Virus record (IMG/VR): IMGVR_UViG_3300025421_000001
Strand: one strand, 5' to 3'
From: an uncultured virus (IMG/VR IMGVR_UViG_3300025421_000001)
Lineage: Duplodnaviria > Heunggongvirae > Uroviricota > Caudoviricetes
DNA length: 25,695 nt
Below, in pieces: positions 16,215 to 24,927 of the stretch (its first letter is position 1; the number at the start of each line of letters is the position of its first letter). The notes beneath the pieces are model-generated. The model saw only the letters and a program-made list of their open reading frames with translations. It did not search any database and was not told the DNA's origin. The position numbers and the translations under genes are program-made.

Positions 16215-16882
16215 TGGCAAGACGCGATTGGTGGACTGACTGGAATCTTTCATACACCGACGAAGTATTCGGGCCATTGTATGGTGGACATTCCGTTCAA
16301 GAAGCTTTTTATAAAACATTACAAGAATGGTTACCAACCTATATTGCTGAAATTAATCGCAATCTTGGAAGCACCGTTCTTGTAGAACCATTTGAATATC
16401 GTCACCGTCCTGAATTTAGAACTCTTCCAAGAAATGCATCGGCCGCAATTCTTGTATCTGTTCCAAATACAATCGGTATACCGAGAATTTATCAAGATGC
16501 CATTCGTACAAATTGGCGCGTAGAAGTAATGGTCTACGTGTACGGTACAAAAGACTGGCAAGAAACACAAGCGCTTACCTCTGCTTACGCAGCGGCGGTT
16601 CGCGCTGCAATAATTCAACACCGTGGCCTAAATGGTCTTGCTCAAACTACCATTTGGGAAGGTGAAGAATACGCAGAAGGCGAACACTCAAGTGGTCGCA
16701 CAACGGGTATTGCTCACCTTCGTTTTGCCGTCACCGTTGGAAATGCAATGAATATGTACGGAGGACCTCCGTCACCAGAATTTGCCCCAACGGGCATGAA
16801 TACCGGACCATCAACGGAAGCCCCCGAACCTCTTTATGAGATCGAATCGGTAAACGTTAATGTTGACAAGGAAAATATATGA
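16214..16882 (+). CDS. Putative tail terminator/completion protein
   Basis: Position between neck and sheath; alternating strand/helix pattern (WRVEVMVYV, YAAAVRAAI). Called mainly from synteny. Confidence 0.55.
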   Translation: MARRDWWTDWNLSYTDEVFGPLYGGHSVQEAFYKTLQEWLPTYIAEINRNLGSTVLVEPFEYRHRPEFRTLPRNASAAILVSVPNTIGIPRIYQDAIRTNWRVEVMVYVYGTKDWQETQALTSAYAAAVRAAIIQHRGLNGLAQTTIWEGEEYAEGEHSSGRTTGIAHLRFAVTVGNAMNMYGGPPSPEFAPTGMNTGPSTEAPEPLYEIESVNVNVDKENI

Positions 16883-17148
16883 GCAAACAAAAAGTAATCG
16901 TTCAATCTAAGCACGTTATTTTTGACGACAAGGGCAGGTCCCTTGCGCCATCACACGAATACACCGTTGAAAACGGACCAATCGTAGATGCACACATTTT
17001 AAATGGTTTTTTAACCGTTGTTTCTAACGCAACCCCTGAAGTTGAAAAGGTTGAAGTTAAGGAAGAACCAAAGAAAATCAACCCAAACAAAAACCCACGT
17101 CCTCAGGAAACTGAGACGCTAATCCAACAGGAGAACGCAAATGGCTAG
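16879..17148 (+). CDS. Small hypothetical protein preceding the sheath
   Basis: AAGGA RBS; overlaps both neighbours. Confidence 0.7.
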   Translation: MSKQKVIVQSKHVIFDDKGRSLAPSHEYTVENGPIVDAHILNGFLTVVSNATPEVEKVEVKEEPKKINPNKNPRPQETETLIQQENANG

Positions 17149-18676
17149 TTCAGCTCCCGGCGTAAACGTAAACGTTACCGCCAGCGCTTCAAATTCTCAG
17201 GGCATCAACCCAACCGGTCAATGGTTCGTCGTCGGTAACGCCGCCGGACCAGCCAACGTTGTTGTTCCATGCAGTTCAACCGCAGACTTCACTACCTACT
17301 TTGGTCAGTTTGTCGGTGGTCAACTAACTGGACGTTACACCGTTAGCCCCGCTTCAGTTGTCCTTGACAGCACATTGCTTTACGATGCGCTTGACATTTA
17401 TTTCAAAGAAGGCGGACTCGTTGCTAACGTTTCTATCCTTCAACCAGCTTCTGGCGCAACAGCCGCAGTTGCCACACTCGGAACAAACAGCTTCACCGCT
17501 GTAAGTAACGGATCATGGGCAAACAGCTCTAACGCAAGCCCAGCAGGTCTTGTAATTAACTTTACAAACACTACAATTAACACTACAACAACATACGCAG
17601 CAAGCGTTGTTCTTAACGGTGTTCTTATTGCAGCATCACCAAAGTTCTCTGCCGATCACGCAGAACTTCAACTTAACCAATGGTTGAACTCACTTCAGGG
17701 TGCAAAGAACCTTGTTTCTGTTTCAACAGTTGCTGGATCAGCAGCACTTCCAACAACAAACACAACAACTTCAATTTACTTTGCTTCAGGAGCAGACGCA
17801 ACAACAGCTGACTCAGACATCACAGATGCACTTAGCCAGTTTATTGACACCTATGGTCCTGGACAAGTTTCTTACCCAGGTGCTCACTCAGAAACTGCTT
17901 ACGCAGCGCTTGTGAACCACGCGCAACAATACAACCGTATTGCAATTCTTGACGCAAACCCATCACACAACCCAGCAGCTCTTATTCAAGACGTTAACAC
18001 TCTTCAATCTACTGGACTTGACACATCACACGCAGCAATCTTTGCTCCATGGGTAAACTACCCAGGCGCTACACAGGGTTTTGCTCGCACCGTTGCTCCT
18101 TCGGCTCTTGCTGCTGGAAAAATGGCTGCAAACGACACTAAGTATGACGCAAACGTTCCTTCTGCTGGATCTGCAAATGGTGCTTCAAACTACGCAACTG
18201 GCGTAACAACTGTATACTCTGCAAACGATCGTGCGCTTCTAAACAACGCAGGTGTTAACGTAATTCGCACTGTTTCAAACACTGGAGCAATTGCTATTTA
18301 CGGATATCGTTCACTTGACACATCAGGCAATTGGACATACCTCAACAACGCTCGTTTCCGTATGCAAATTATTCAAGACTTTGACGTTGCTGGTGAAGCA
18401 TTTATGTTCCAAGAAATTGATGGTAAGGGTCACGTATTCAGTGGATTTGCCGGAGCACTTTCTGGAATCTGTCAGCAATACTGGACACGCGGAAGCCTTT
18501 ACGGTGCTTCAGCAGATCAATCATTCTCAGTGAATGTTGGTCCACAGGTGAACACTCCAGCAACTATTGCTGCGGGTCAAATCAATGCATTGGTAAACCT
18601 AAAAATGTCGCCGTTTGGTGAGTTTGTTACTGTTAATGTAACCAAATATCTCTCTAACGCTACCCTTCCAGCTTAA
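17141..18676 (+). CDS. Contractile tail sheath protein
   Basis: N-terminal APGVNV, RIAILD, APSALAAG, LNNAGVNVIR, IYGYRSL, YLNNARF and P..EFVTVNV, all typical sheath motifs. Confidence 0.93.
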   Translation: MASSAPGVNVNVTASASNSQGINPTGQWFVVGNAAGPANVVVPCSSTADFTTYFGQFVGGQLTGRYTVSPASVVLDSTLLYDALDIYFKEGGLVANVSILQPASGATAAVATLGTNSFTAVSNGSWANSSNASPAGLVINFTNTTINTTTTYAASVVLNGVLIAASPKFSADHAELQLNQWLNSLQGAKNLVSVSTVAGSAALPTTNTTTSIYFASGADATTADSDITDALSQFIDTYGPGQVSYPGAHSETAYAALVNHAQQYNRIAILDANPSHNPAALIQDVNTLQSTGLDTSHAAIFAPWVNYPGATQGFARTVAPSALAAGKMAANDTKYDANVPSAGSANGASNYATGVTTVYSANDRALLNNAGVNVIRTVSNTGAIAIYGYRSLDTSGNWTYLNNARFRMQIIQDFDVAGEAFMFQEIDGKGHVFSGFAGALSGICQQYWTRGSLYGASADQSFSVNVGPQVNTPATIAAGQINALVNLKMSPFGEFVTVNVTKYLSNATLPA

Positions 18677-18700
18677 TTAAAAAAATCTAAGGAGAAATAA

Positions 18701-19183
18701 ATGGCTTTCTACACTACACACAATTACGGTTCTGAGCAACAGTGGCTTGCCACTCTGACGATCGGAACCATCCCAGCAGCGGCACCAAAGATGAATTCTC
18801 TAACAACGGGAACATCAATCATTTTTGACAAGTTTTCTGGTGGAGACGTTACTGCTCCAGTAAACAAGCACCGTCCTGGTGGAATGGGACCTGAAATTAC
18901 ATACCTTTCACTACCAAGCTACTCAGACGTTGTTTTGACCAAGGTTTACGAAACTCAGGTTGACCACGCTATTCTTGCTGACCTTCACAACCTTGCTGGC
19001 CGAGTTATGTGCACAGTCACACTTCAGCCACTTGACGACGAAGGTAACAGTTTTAACGGAGCGGGCGCTGCTCGTTCCTACTCTGGTCGCCTTGTCAATG
19101 TAAAGGACGGCGGTACAGACTCAACGTCAAATGCTGCTAGAATGTACGAGATTGACATTGCTGTTGAGACAGTAAGCAACTAA
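18701..19183 (+). CDS. Tail tube protein
   Basis: 160 aa beta-rich protein directly after the sheath; AAGGAG RBS; YSDVVLTK motif. Confidence 0.85.
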   Translation: MAFYTTHNYGSEQQWLATLTIGTIPAAAPKMNSLTTGTSIIFDKFSGGDVTAPVNKHRPGGMGPEITYLSLPSYSDVVLTKVYETQVDHAILADLHNLAGRVMCTVTLQPLDDEGNSFNGAGAARSYSGRLVNVKDGGTDSTSNAARMYEIDIAVETVSN

Positions 19184-19218
19184 GTTTTAAATAAATAACT
19201 ACACCATTGGAGGAACAC

Positions 19219-19737
19219 ATGGTTGATTTTAATGTAACAACCGAATCGGAAAATGACGACGCTCAGGGGAGCGAGGGCCTAAACGCTCTTGCTTCCCTGC
19301 GCACACGTCGTGCAGAGATTGTAAATGAACTGTACACGGACATCAAAGTCCCACGTTGGGACGAACCAGAACTCTACGTTCGATTTAAGCCAGTTTCAGC
19401 AGTAAAGCTAAACAAGGCAATCGAAAAGCGCCGTAAGGCCGGTGGAGAAGACTGGTCACTTCTTGCTAACGCAGACATGCTTATTGATTCATGCATGGGT
19501 GTATACGCTGTTGTTGATGGAGACACCGACAATAAGCTTTCACTAAAAACAGGTGAGCCTAAGGGCGACTGGACAAAGTTTGACATGGATCTTGCTAATG
19601 CAATTGGCATTGAAGCACAACGAGCATCAGACGTTGTCTTAGGTGTTTACCTTACAGAAGGTGACCTTATCGATACAGCAAACAAACTCTTTAAATGGAG
19701 TGGTGTTGCTGGCTCTGAGGCAGACGAAGCTTTTTAA
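19219..19737 (+). CDS. Tail assembly chaperone (gpG-like)
   Basis: GGAGG RBS before the ATG at 19219; lies between tube and tape measure; ends GCT TTT TAA. Confidence 0.8.
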   Translation: MVDFNVTTESENDDAQGSEGLNALASLRTRRAEIVNELYTDIKVPRWDEPELYVRFKPVSAVKLNKAIEKRRKAGGEDWSLLANADMLIDSCMGVYAVVDGDTDNKLSLKTGEPKGDWTKFDMDLANAIGIEAQRASDVVLGVYLTEGDLIDTANKLFKWSGVAGSEADEAF

Positions 19738-19961
19738 AAGCCCTGGATGATGACCCGTACATAGAGACGGGCGCATACGCAGTACTTTTGGGTATGGACC
19801 CTTATCAGGTCATGTCCCAGGGCGAAGAAGATTATTTAATATCAATTGCCTTGATGAAGAAGGCTATGAAATTAAGCGTTGAACAAAAAACAGAGGAAAT
19901 AAAAGTTCTTGCGGAATTGACTGGTCTAGAAGTCGCAAAGGTTCTTGCGAAGATCTTCTAA
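19734..19961 (+). CDS. -1 frame extension of the tail chaperone (gpGT-like), 75 aa
   Basis: The open -1 frame LKALDDDPYIETGAYAVLLGMDPY...KVLAKIF starts at the TTTTTAAAA run and has no obvious RBS of its own. Confidence 0.75.
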   Translation, partial: LKALDDDPYIETGAYAVLLGMDPYQVMSQGEEDYLISIALMKKAMKLSVEQKTEEIKVLAELTGLEVAKVLAKIF

Positions 19962-19999
19962 CAGAATTTATCCGTCACATTCAAAAAGGCGGAAACAAC

Positions 20000-20033
20000 A
20001 AACCGCTATCCCTTCGGGGGTAGCGGTTTTTTT
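20000..20033 (+). terminator. Rho-independent terminator
   Basis: AAACCGCTATCCC-TTCG-GGGGTAGCGGTTT stem with a cUUCGg loop and a T7 tract. Confidence 0.85.
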
Positions 20034-20041
20034 GGGTTTAT

Positions 20042-23000
20042 ATGGCTGGCGAAAATACAAATTTAAATTTTAGAGTAACCATTGATGGTAACAATGAGGT
20101 CGCAACGGCGCTCGATAGGCTTATAAGGCTTCTCGATACACTAGCCGTGTCGGCGGATGACGCCGCCGCGATGATGGGAAGGCTTGATGAGGCAATGGGT
20201 GCCGCCGTCAAGACATTGTCAAAGTACAACCCGTCAATGACAAAAGCCGGTACTGCAACCGAAAGATACAACGTTGCTGCTGCTGACACATCAAAGGTTG
20301 CAAAAGATGCAGCCGTGGGACTCGATTCACAAGCAGTTGCCGCAGAGCGTGTAGCAGTAAGCACCAGGGGTGCTGCAGTTGCTCAAAAAAGCCTCAATGC
20401 TTCAACAGGACTTTTGGCAAAAAGTTCTATGTTTCTTAATAGTTCATTTAGTGCTGGCATAATTAAGGCTGGTAAATGGATTGACGCTGGAGCGGCTATA
20501 ACGGCCTATGAAGGCATTAAAAAATACATGAGTTTTCAAGCACTTGTTACTGAAAGCATTACCCAAGCCGGTGTTCCTATAAAAGAACAACAGGGTATTA
20601 TGCAAGGTCTTCTTGACATTTCTACAAAAACTGGTGTCAAGGCCAATGACATGGCAAACATTTTCTTCCGTGTAGCTTCATCACTTTCTGGCTCCGGTGC
20701 ATCAATGAAAACAATGCTTGACATTTCTCAAAAAATTGCAGATTTAAACCTTTTGGGTAATGTTGCCCCTGGGGCAGCTTCAGAAGCAACTGCACGAGTT
20801 GTTATGTCACTTTATAATGCAAACCTTAAAGGAACTGGTCACGATCTTAATAAAATTATTGGAGTCGAATCAGGAATTGCAGGTTCTTCCGATGCTCGCC
20901 TTCCAGACGTTTCATCTGCCTTTGGTAATGGTTTAACCGCTGCCGCCAAACAATACGGATTAAGTGCCGCTGAAGCCGGATCAATTTTCTCTGTTTTTAC
21001 CAAACTTGGAATGAAGCCAGCAAGTGCTGGTGTGTACGCATCTAGAGCACTTTTACAACTTTTTAGTCCAACCGTTCAAGGAACTAAGGCGCTCACGGGT
21101 CTTGGTATTGATCCATTTAAATTACAACACATTGAAAATACTCAAGGGTATCAAGCAACGCTTGAATATCTTAATTCAAAACTAAATGGCCCATATTCAA
21201 CTTTGCCAACTTACGCAAAATATAAAGGTAAGACAGGAACGGCTGCGTTCCAAGCACAATTAGAACAATGGTTTAATGGATCACTTAGTCAAACATTTCT
21301 TAATCAATTAGGTCAGAAAACAACCGGTGCTAAATTTAAAGCACAACTTCAATCTGACATAAAATTAGGTAAGGGTATTACGCCTGAAGACATGCAAGTA
21401 ATCAGAAACATGATTATTACTCGTGCATTTGGTGGTCAGCGCGGATCTCTACAAATGGGTGCTCTTTTAGGCAACCTAAATCTTTATGGTGCATCTCTAT
21501 CTAATATTTTAAAAAATAGCGATCCAGCACACGTTAAAAAACTTATTGAAATTGCCAAAAACACACCGCAACAGCAATTCAAAATTCTTGGCGCAAGGTT
21601 TAATGCCGTTCTTATTGAAATTGGCAAAACAATTACACCAATATTTCTTAAACTTGGTAAAGCCGTTGTTGGTGTTTTTGAAGTTCTTGGACGGGTAAAA
21701 CCACTTCTTTGGGCACTTTTAGGAACTCTTGGATTAATTAGCGTTATTGGCGCCACGCTTAAAACTGCTCAAATTGGTTTTAAAATTTTTAATTGGTTTA
21801 GAAATATTAAACAAAACGGCATTATGTCAAACGTTAAGGGCGGTGTAGCTGATAAAGCAATTGTTACAGCGGCAGAAGCATCTTCAAGGGTTCAAATAAC
21901 TGCAGCAGAAACAGCATTAGCCTCTTATGAAAAATCTGCAGCATCACTTACGCTGGCAGCAGAAAGAATAAGTTTTGGTCACGGCGTTCCAATGATGGGA
22001 GAAGGCGCTGGCGCAATAGCCAATGCAGAATCTCGCGTTGGAACGGGAGTTATTGCCGCAGAAAGCGGAGTTGCAAGTGGTGCAGTTAGTGCTGAAACCG
22101 CAGCGGCAAGAACAGCAGCACTTGGCGCTACTTCCGCAGAAACTGGATTACTTGCAGGTGAGGCGGGAATGTCTCTTATGGCACCAGAGGTAATGATCCC
22201 CCTGATGATGGCCACAACACTTCTTCCGATGTTCTCTGGTTCAATTAGCAAATTTTTTAGTGGTCTTTTTGGCGGAAAAGGTTTTACACCAACAGTCGCT
22301 GCTACTCGTGGTTCTGTTGAAAAATCTCTTGCTCAAAATAAAAAAACTGCAGCTAATGCTTTGAAAAATAAAAACATTGGCACAGGACAAGGTATTGGTA
22401 CATATTTTGGTGCAACCGAAGGAGCAAATGCAGACTTTGCTCATCTTCAAGGTAATTGGGTTGCAAATAATTGGGCTGCTAAATGGCAAGAGGCACAACG
22501 ACTAAAGAACATGAAGGGTCGTGGAGCTGGCGCTGCAAACGCACAAGGCGCAGCAGAAGAAGCAAAACTACTTGCACAACTTAACAAAAATCCAGCATTT
22601 GCGAAATACCTAAGTACACACCGAGCAGGTGTTTACCAACAAGCAGCAGGATTTAATTTAGCGGCTGCAAACGCTGCAAATCTTAAAGTTCAAAAAGCAT
22701 CTGCCGCAGCATTTGATTCACTTATAACCAATAAAACTGGATACTTTGATGTTATGTCAAAAAACACCAGCATTAAGGGTGGGGTAAATGCTCGAGTTGC
22801 AACAGACCTTATGGGTATAACAAACCTAAGTAAATTGCGTGCAGAAGCAATAAAACTTTCAAAAGACCCTAAAATTAATAAATCACTTCAAGAAGAATAC
22901 AAGAAAGCTTCTGACAAGCTTGGTGGTAAGATTAAAGATCTTCAAAAGACAATGTCAGATGATGTCAAGAATCACAAACAACAAATTGACGAAAAGTCAA

Positions 23001-23170
23001 TTGATGCATGGGCTAAGGCAGCTGCAAAAGAAAATACTGCGGCATGGAGTGCAGCGGGAATTACTCCTGCTGGATTTGCTGCAGCGCTTACAACAGCGCT
23101 TAAGGGCAATGGTCCCGCTCTTGCAAACATTGTAAATACAGCAAATAAGAACGGAACGTCAAATAGTTAA
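20042..23170 (+). CDS. Tape measure protein
   Basis: 1042 aa, Ala/Gly-rich and helical, with a TP901-like core (FRVASS, AAAKQYGLSAAEA, GMKPASAG, ALTGLGI) and a hydrophobic segment; follows the chaperones. Confidence 0.9.
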   Translation: MAGENTNLNFRVTIDGNNEVATALDRLIRLLDTLAVSADDAAAMMGRLDEAMGAAVKTLSKYNPSMTKAGTATERYNVAAADTSKVAKDAAVGLDSQAVAAERVAVSTRGAAVAQKSLNASTGLLAKSSMFLNSSFSAGIIKAGKWIDAGAAITAYEGIKKYMSFQALVTESITQAGVPIKEQQGIMQGLLDISTKTGVKANDMANIFFRVASSLSGSGASMKTMLDISQKIADLNLLGNVAPGAASEATARVVMSLYNANLKGTGHDLNKIIGVESGIAGSSDARLPDVSSAFGNGLTAAAKQYGLSAAEAGSIFSVFTKLGMKPASAGVYASRALLQLFSPTVQGTKALTGLGIDPFKLQHIENTQGYQATLEYLNSKLNGPYSTLPTYAKYKGKTGTAAFQAQLEQWFNGSLSQTFLNQLGQKTTGAKFKAQLQSDIKLGKGITPEDMQVIRNMIITRAFGGQRGSLQMGALLGNLNLYGASLSNILKNSDPAHVKKLIEIAKNTPQQQFKILGARFNAVLIEIGKTITPIFLKLGKAVVGVFEVLGRVKPLLWALLGTLGLISVIGATLKTAQIGFKIFNWFRNIKQNGIMSNVKGGVADKAIVTAAEASSRVQITAAETALASYEKSAASLTLAAERISFGHGVPMMGEGAGAIANAESRVGTGVIAAESGVASGAVSAETAAARTAALGATSAETGLLAGEAGMSLMAPEVMIPLMMATTLLPMFSGSISKFFSGLFGGKGFTPTVAATRGSVEKSLAQNKKTAANALKNKNIGTGQGIGTYFGATEGANADFAHLQGNWVANNWAAKWQEAQRLKNMKGRGAGAANAQGAAEEAKLLAQLNKNPAFAKYLSTHRAGVYQQAAGFNLAAANAANLKVQKASAAAFDSLITNKTGYFDVMSKNTSIKGGVNARVATDLMGITNLSKLRAEAIKLSKDPKINKSLQEEYKKASDKLGGKIKDLQKTMSDDVKNHKQQIDEKSIDAWAKAAAKENTAAWSAAGITPAGFAAALTTALKGNGPALANIVNTANKNGTSNS

Positions 23171-23172
23171 TT

Positions 23173-23940
23173 ATGTCTGATCTAAGCACTCTTATAACAC
23201 TGCAACCAGTTATTCCATCAGCCGTTGGAAAAGCAAGTGCCATTACTGTTGCACTTATTGATAACGTTAATTATGCTCCAGCCAGTAGTTCTGGTGGATG
23301 GCAAATTGTTGACCGTCCAAAACAGGCTGCAGCTACACAATGGTTTGACCGAGCTCCATGGTCAATAAAATTTGAATGTTATCTTGACAAATCGATAACA
23401 TCACCGTCCTCAATATCAAAAACAGGTTTAGTTGACGGCACTCAAGCAATCCCATTGTCCGTAGAAGATGACTGCAATAGTCTTGAAAGCTTGATGTATC
23501 CTATTGCCAATACGTTTCAACCACCACTTTTAACGTTGAGTGGAGTTGTTTTGCCATGGACGCTTCCAATTGATTATTGGATTTGTTATTCTCTTGATTT
23601 TACCGACGCGATCAGGGATGTTGCAACTGGACAACGCATTCAACAAAAAGTAAGTATTACGCTTTACGAATACCTGCCACCACTTGCTACCGGCTATACA
23701 AGTTATGGTATTGCACCAACAAGTATTTTTAACTCAACTTCAACTGCAACGCTTCAAAATACCAACAATAAGCCATCTTCAAAAAGCGTAAAAGTTCCAG
23801 CAGGAATATCTCTTACAACATTTGCAAAAAATTACAAAACTACTCCAGCGGTTGTCGCTAGTCTTAATAAATTTAGTTTGACTGCTGCAAAAAACTTTGG
23901 CAAAACATACGCAAATAGAACAGTACTTGTTCCGGCGTAG
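23173..23940 (+). CDS. Tail tube initiator/baseplate protein with C-terminal LysM-like domain
   Basis: GGWQIVDRP, PPLLTL and VSITLYEY; C-terminal VKVPAGISLTTFAKNYKTTPAVVASLN...VLVP has a LysM-like pattern; position after the TMP. Confidence 0.65.
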   Translation: MSDLSTLITLQPVIPSAVGKASAITVALIDNVNYAPASSSGGWQIVDRPKQAAATQWFDRAPWSIKFECYLDKSITSPSSISKTGLVDGTQAIPLSVEDDCNSLESLMYPIANTFQPPLLTLSGVVLPWTLPIDYWICYSLDFTDAIRDVATGQRIQQKVSITLYEYLPPLATGYTSYGIAPTSIFNSTSTATLQNTNNKPSSKSVKVPAGISLTTFAKNYKTTPAVVASLNKFSLTAAKNFGKTYANRTVLVPA

Positions 23941-23952
23941 TAGGATATATAA

Positions 23953-24927
23953 ATGGCATCTTCTGTAGCTGGCTTTGGCGCAATAAATTTAAGTTCTATT
24001 GTTGTTAATGGAACAGTGATTGAACCTGATTTTCAGGCTGCGATTACGGACATGTTTCTTCAAAGGAATTTAACAAGCGTTTCCACTTTGACAATTCAGA
24101 TGGCAGACCCCTACAGAAAACTTCTCAACAATTTACTACAAGCGGGGGCCAGCCTAAGCCTTGATGGACTTAGTTACACTCTTGTACAAACAATGAAGGC
24201 ATCGGATCAAATTCAATTAGTTTTTGAATCAACTTTGGTTCATAAATTAAAACTTCAACATGGTGCAACTGGAACAACTGTTGGATATGACATAACACCA
24301 TTTTTTAAAAAACTTGTTGATGCTGTTGGTGGAAAACTTGTTGCACCAGATTATGCAAAAATTTGGCCATATTTAACAAAACAAGCTATATTCGAACTTG
24401 CGCTTGCCCGAGGCACAACTGCCGATCCAAATGAAAATTCATGGACATGCATGAGTCGTTTGGCATCAAGCGTAGGTTGGAGACTTTGGGAATCAGCAGG
24501 CGTTATCTACTTTGGACCTGATGAGTACTGGTTGGGTAACGTAACTCTTCCATCTGGAAAACCGGGTGACCCACCTATAAATGCAACGTTAGGATCAATC
24601 GGAAATAATTTTAAAGTCCTTTCTGAGTTTACCGCAGAAGTTCAGCTCATCGACTTTGACTGGAGCATTGGTCAGCCATTTGGTCAAGCAACAGCAACTG
24701 TTATGTTGGATAACTTTAATTTTAACGTTGGTGAAGTTGTTTATTTAAACAATATGGGACCCGCAACAGGATATTGGTTGGTTGCCGGTACTCAAAGAGA
24801 CTTGTTTATGCCACAAGCGACAGTAACGCTTCAAGTTCCAATACCAATTAATAATTACATCGCACCGACATCGCTTCCTGCTAGTGGCAAGCCAATGACA
24901 GCACTATCAAAGAAATTGATTCTATGA
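23953..24927 (+). CDS. Baseplate hub protein (P2 gpD / Mu gp44-like)
   Basis: STLTIQMADP, ENSWTCMSRLASSVGWRLWE..GVIYFG and GEVVYLNNMG..TGYWLV; synteny. Confidence 0.75.
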   Translation: MASSVAGFGAINLSSIVVNGTVIEPDFQAAITDMFLQRNLTSVSTLTIQMADPYRKLLNNLLQAGASLSLDGLSYTLVQTMKASDQIQLVFESTLVHKLKLQHGATGTTVGYDITPFFKKLVDAVGGKLVAPDYAKIWPYLTKQAIFELALARGTTADPNENSWTCMSRLASSVGWRLWESAGVIYFGPDEYWLGNVTLPSGKPGDPPINATLGSIGNNFKVLSEFTAEVQLIDFDWSIGQPFGQATATVMLDNFNFNVGEVVYLNNMGPATGYWLVAGTQRDLFMPQATVTLQVPIPINNYIAPTSLPASGKPMTALSKKLIL

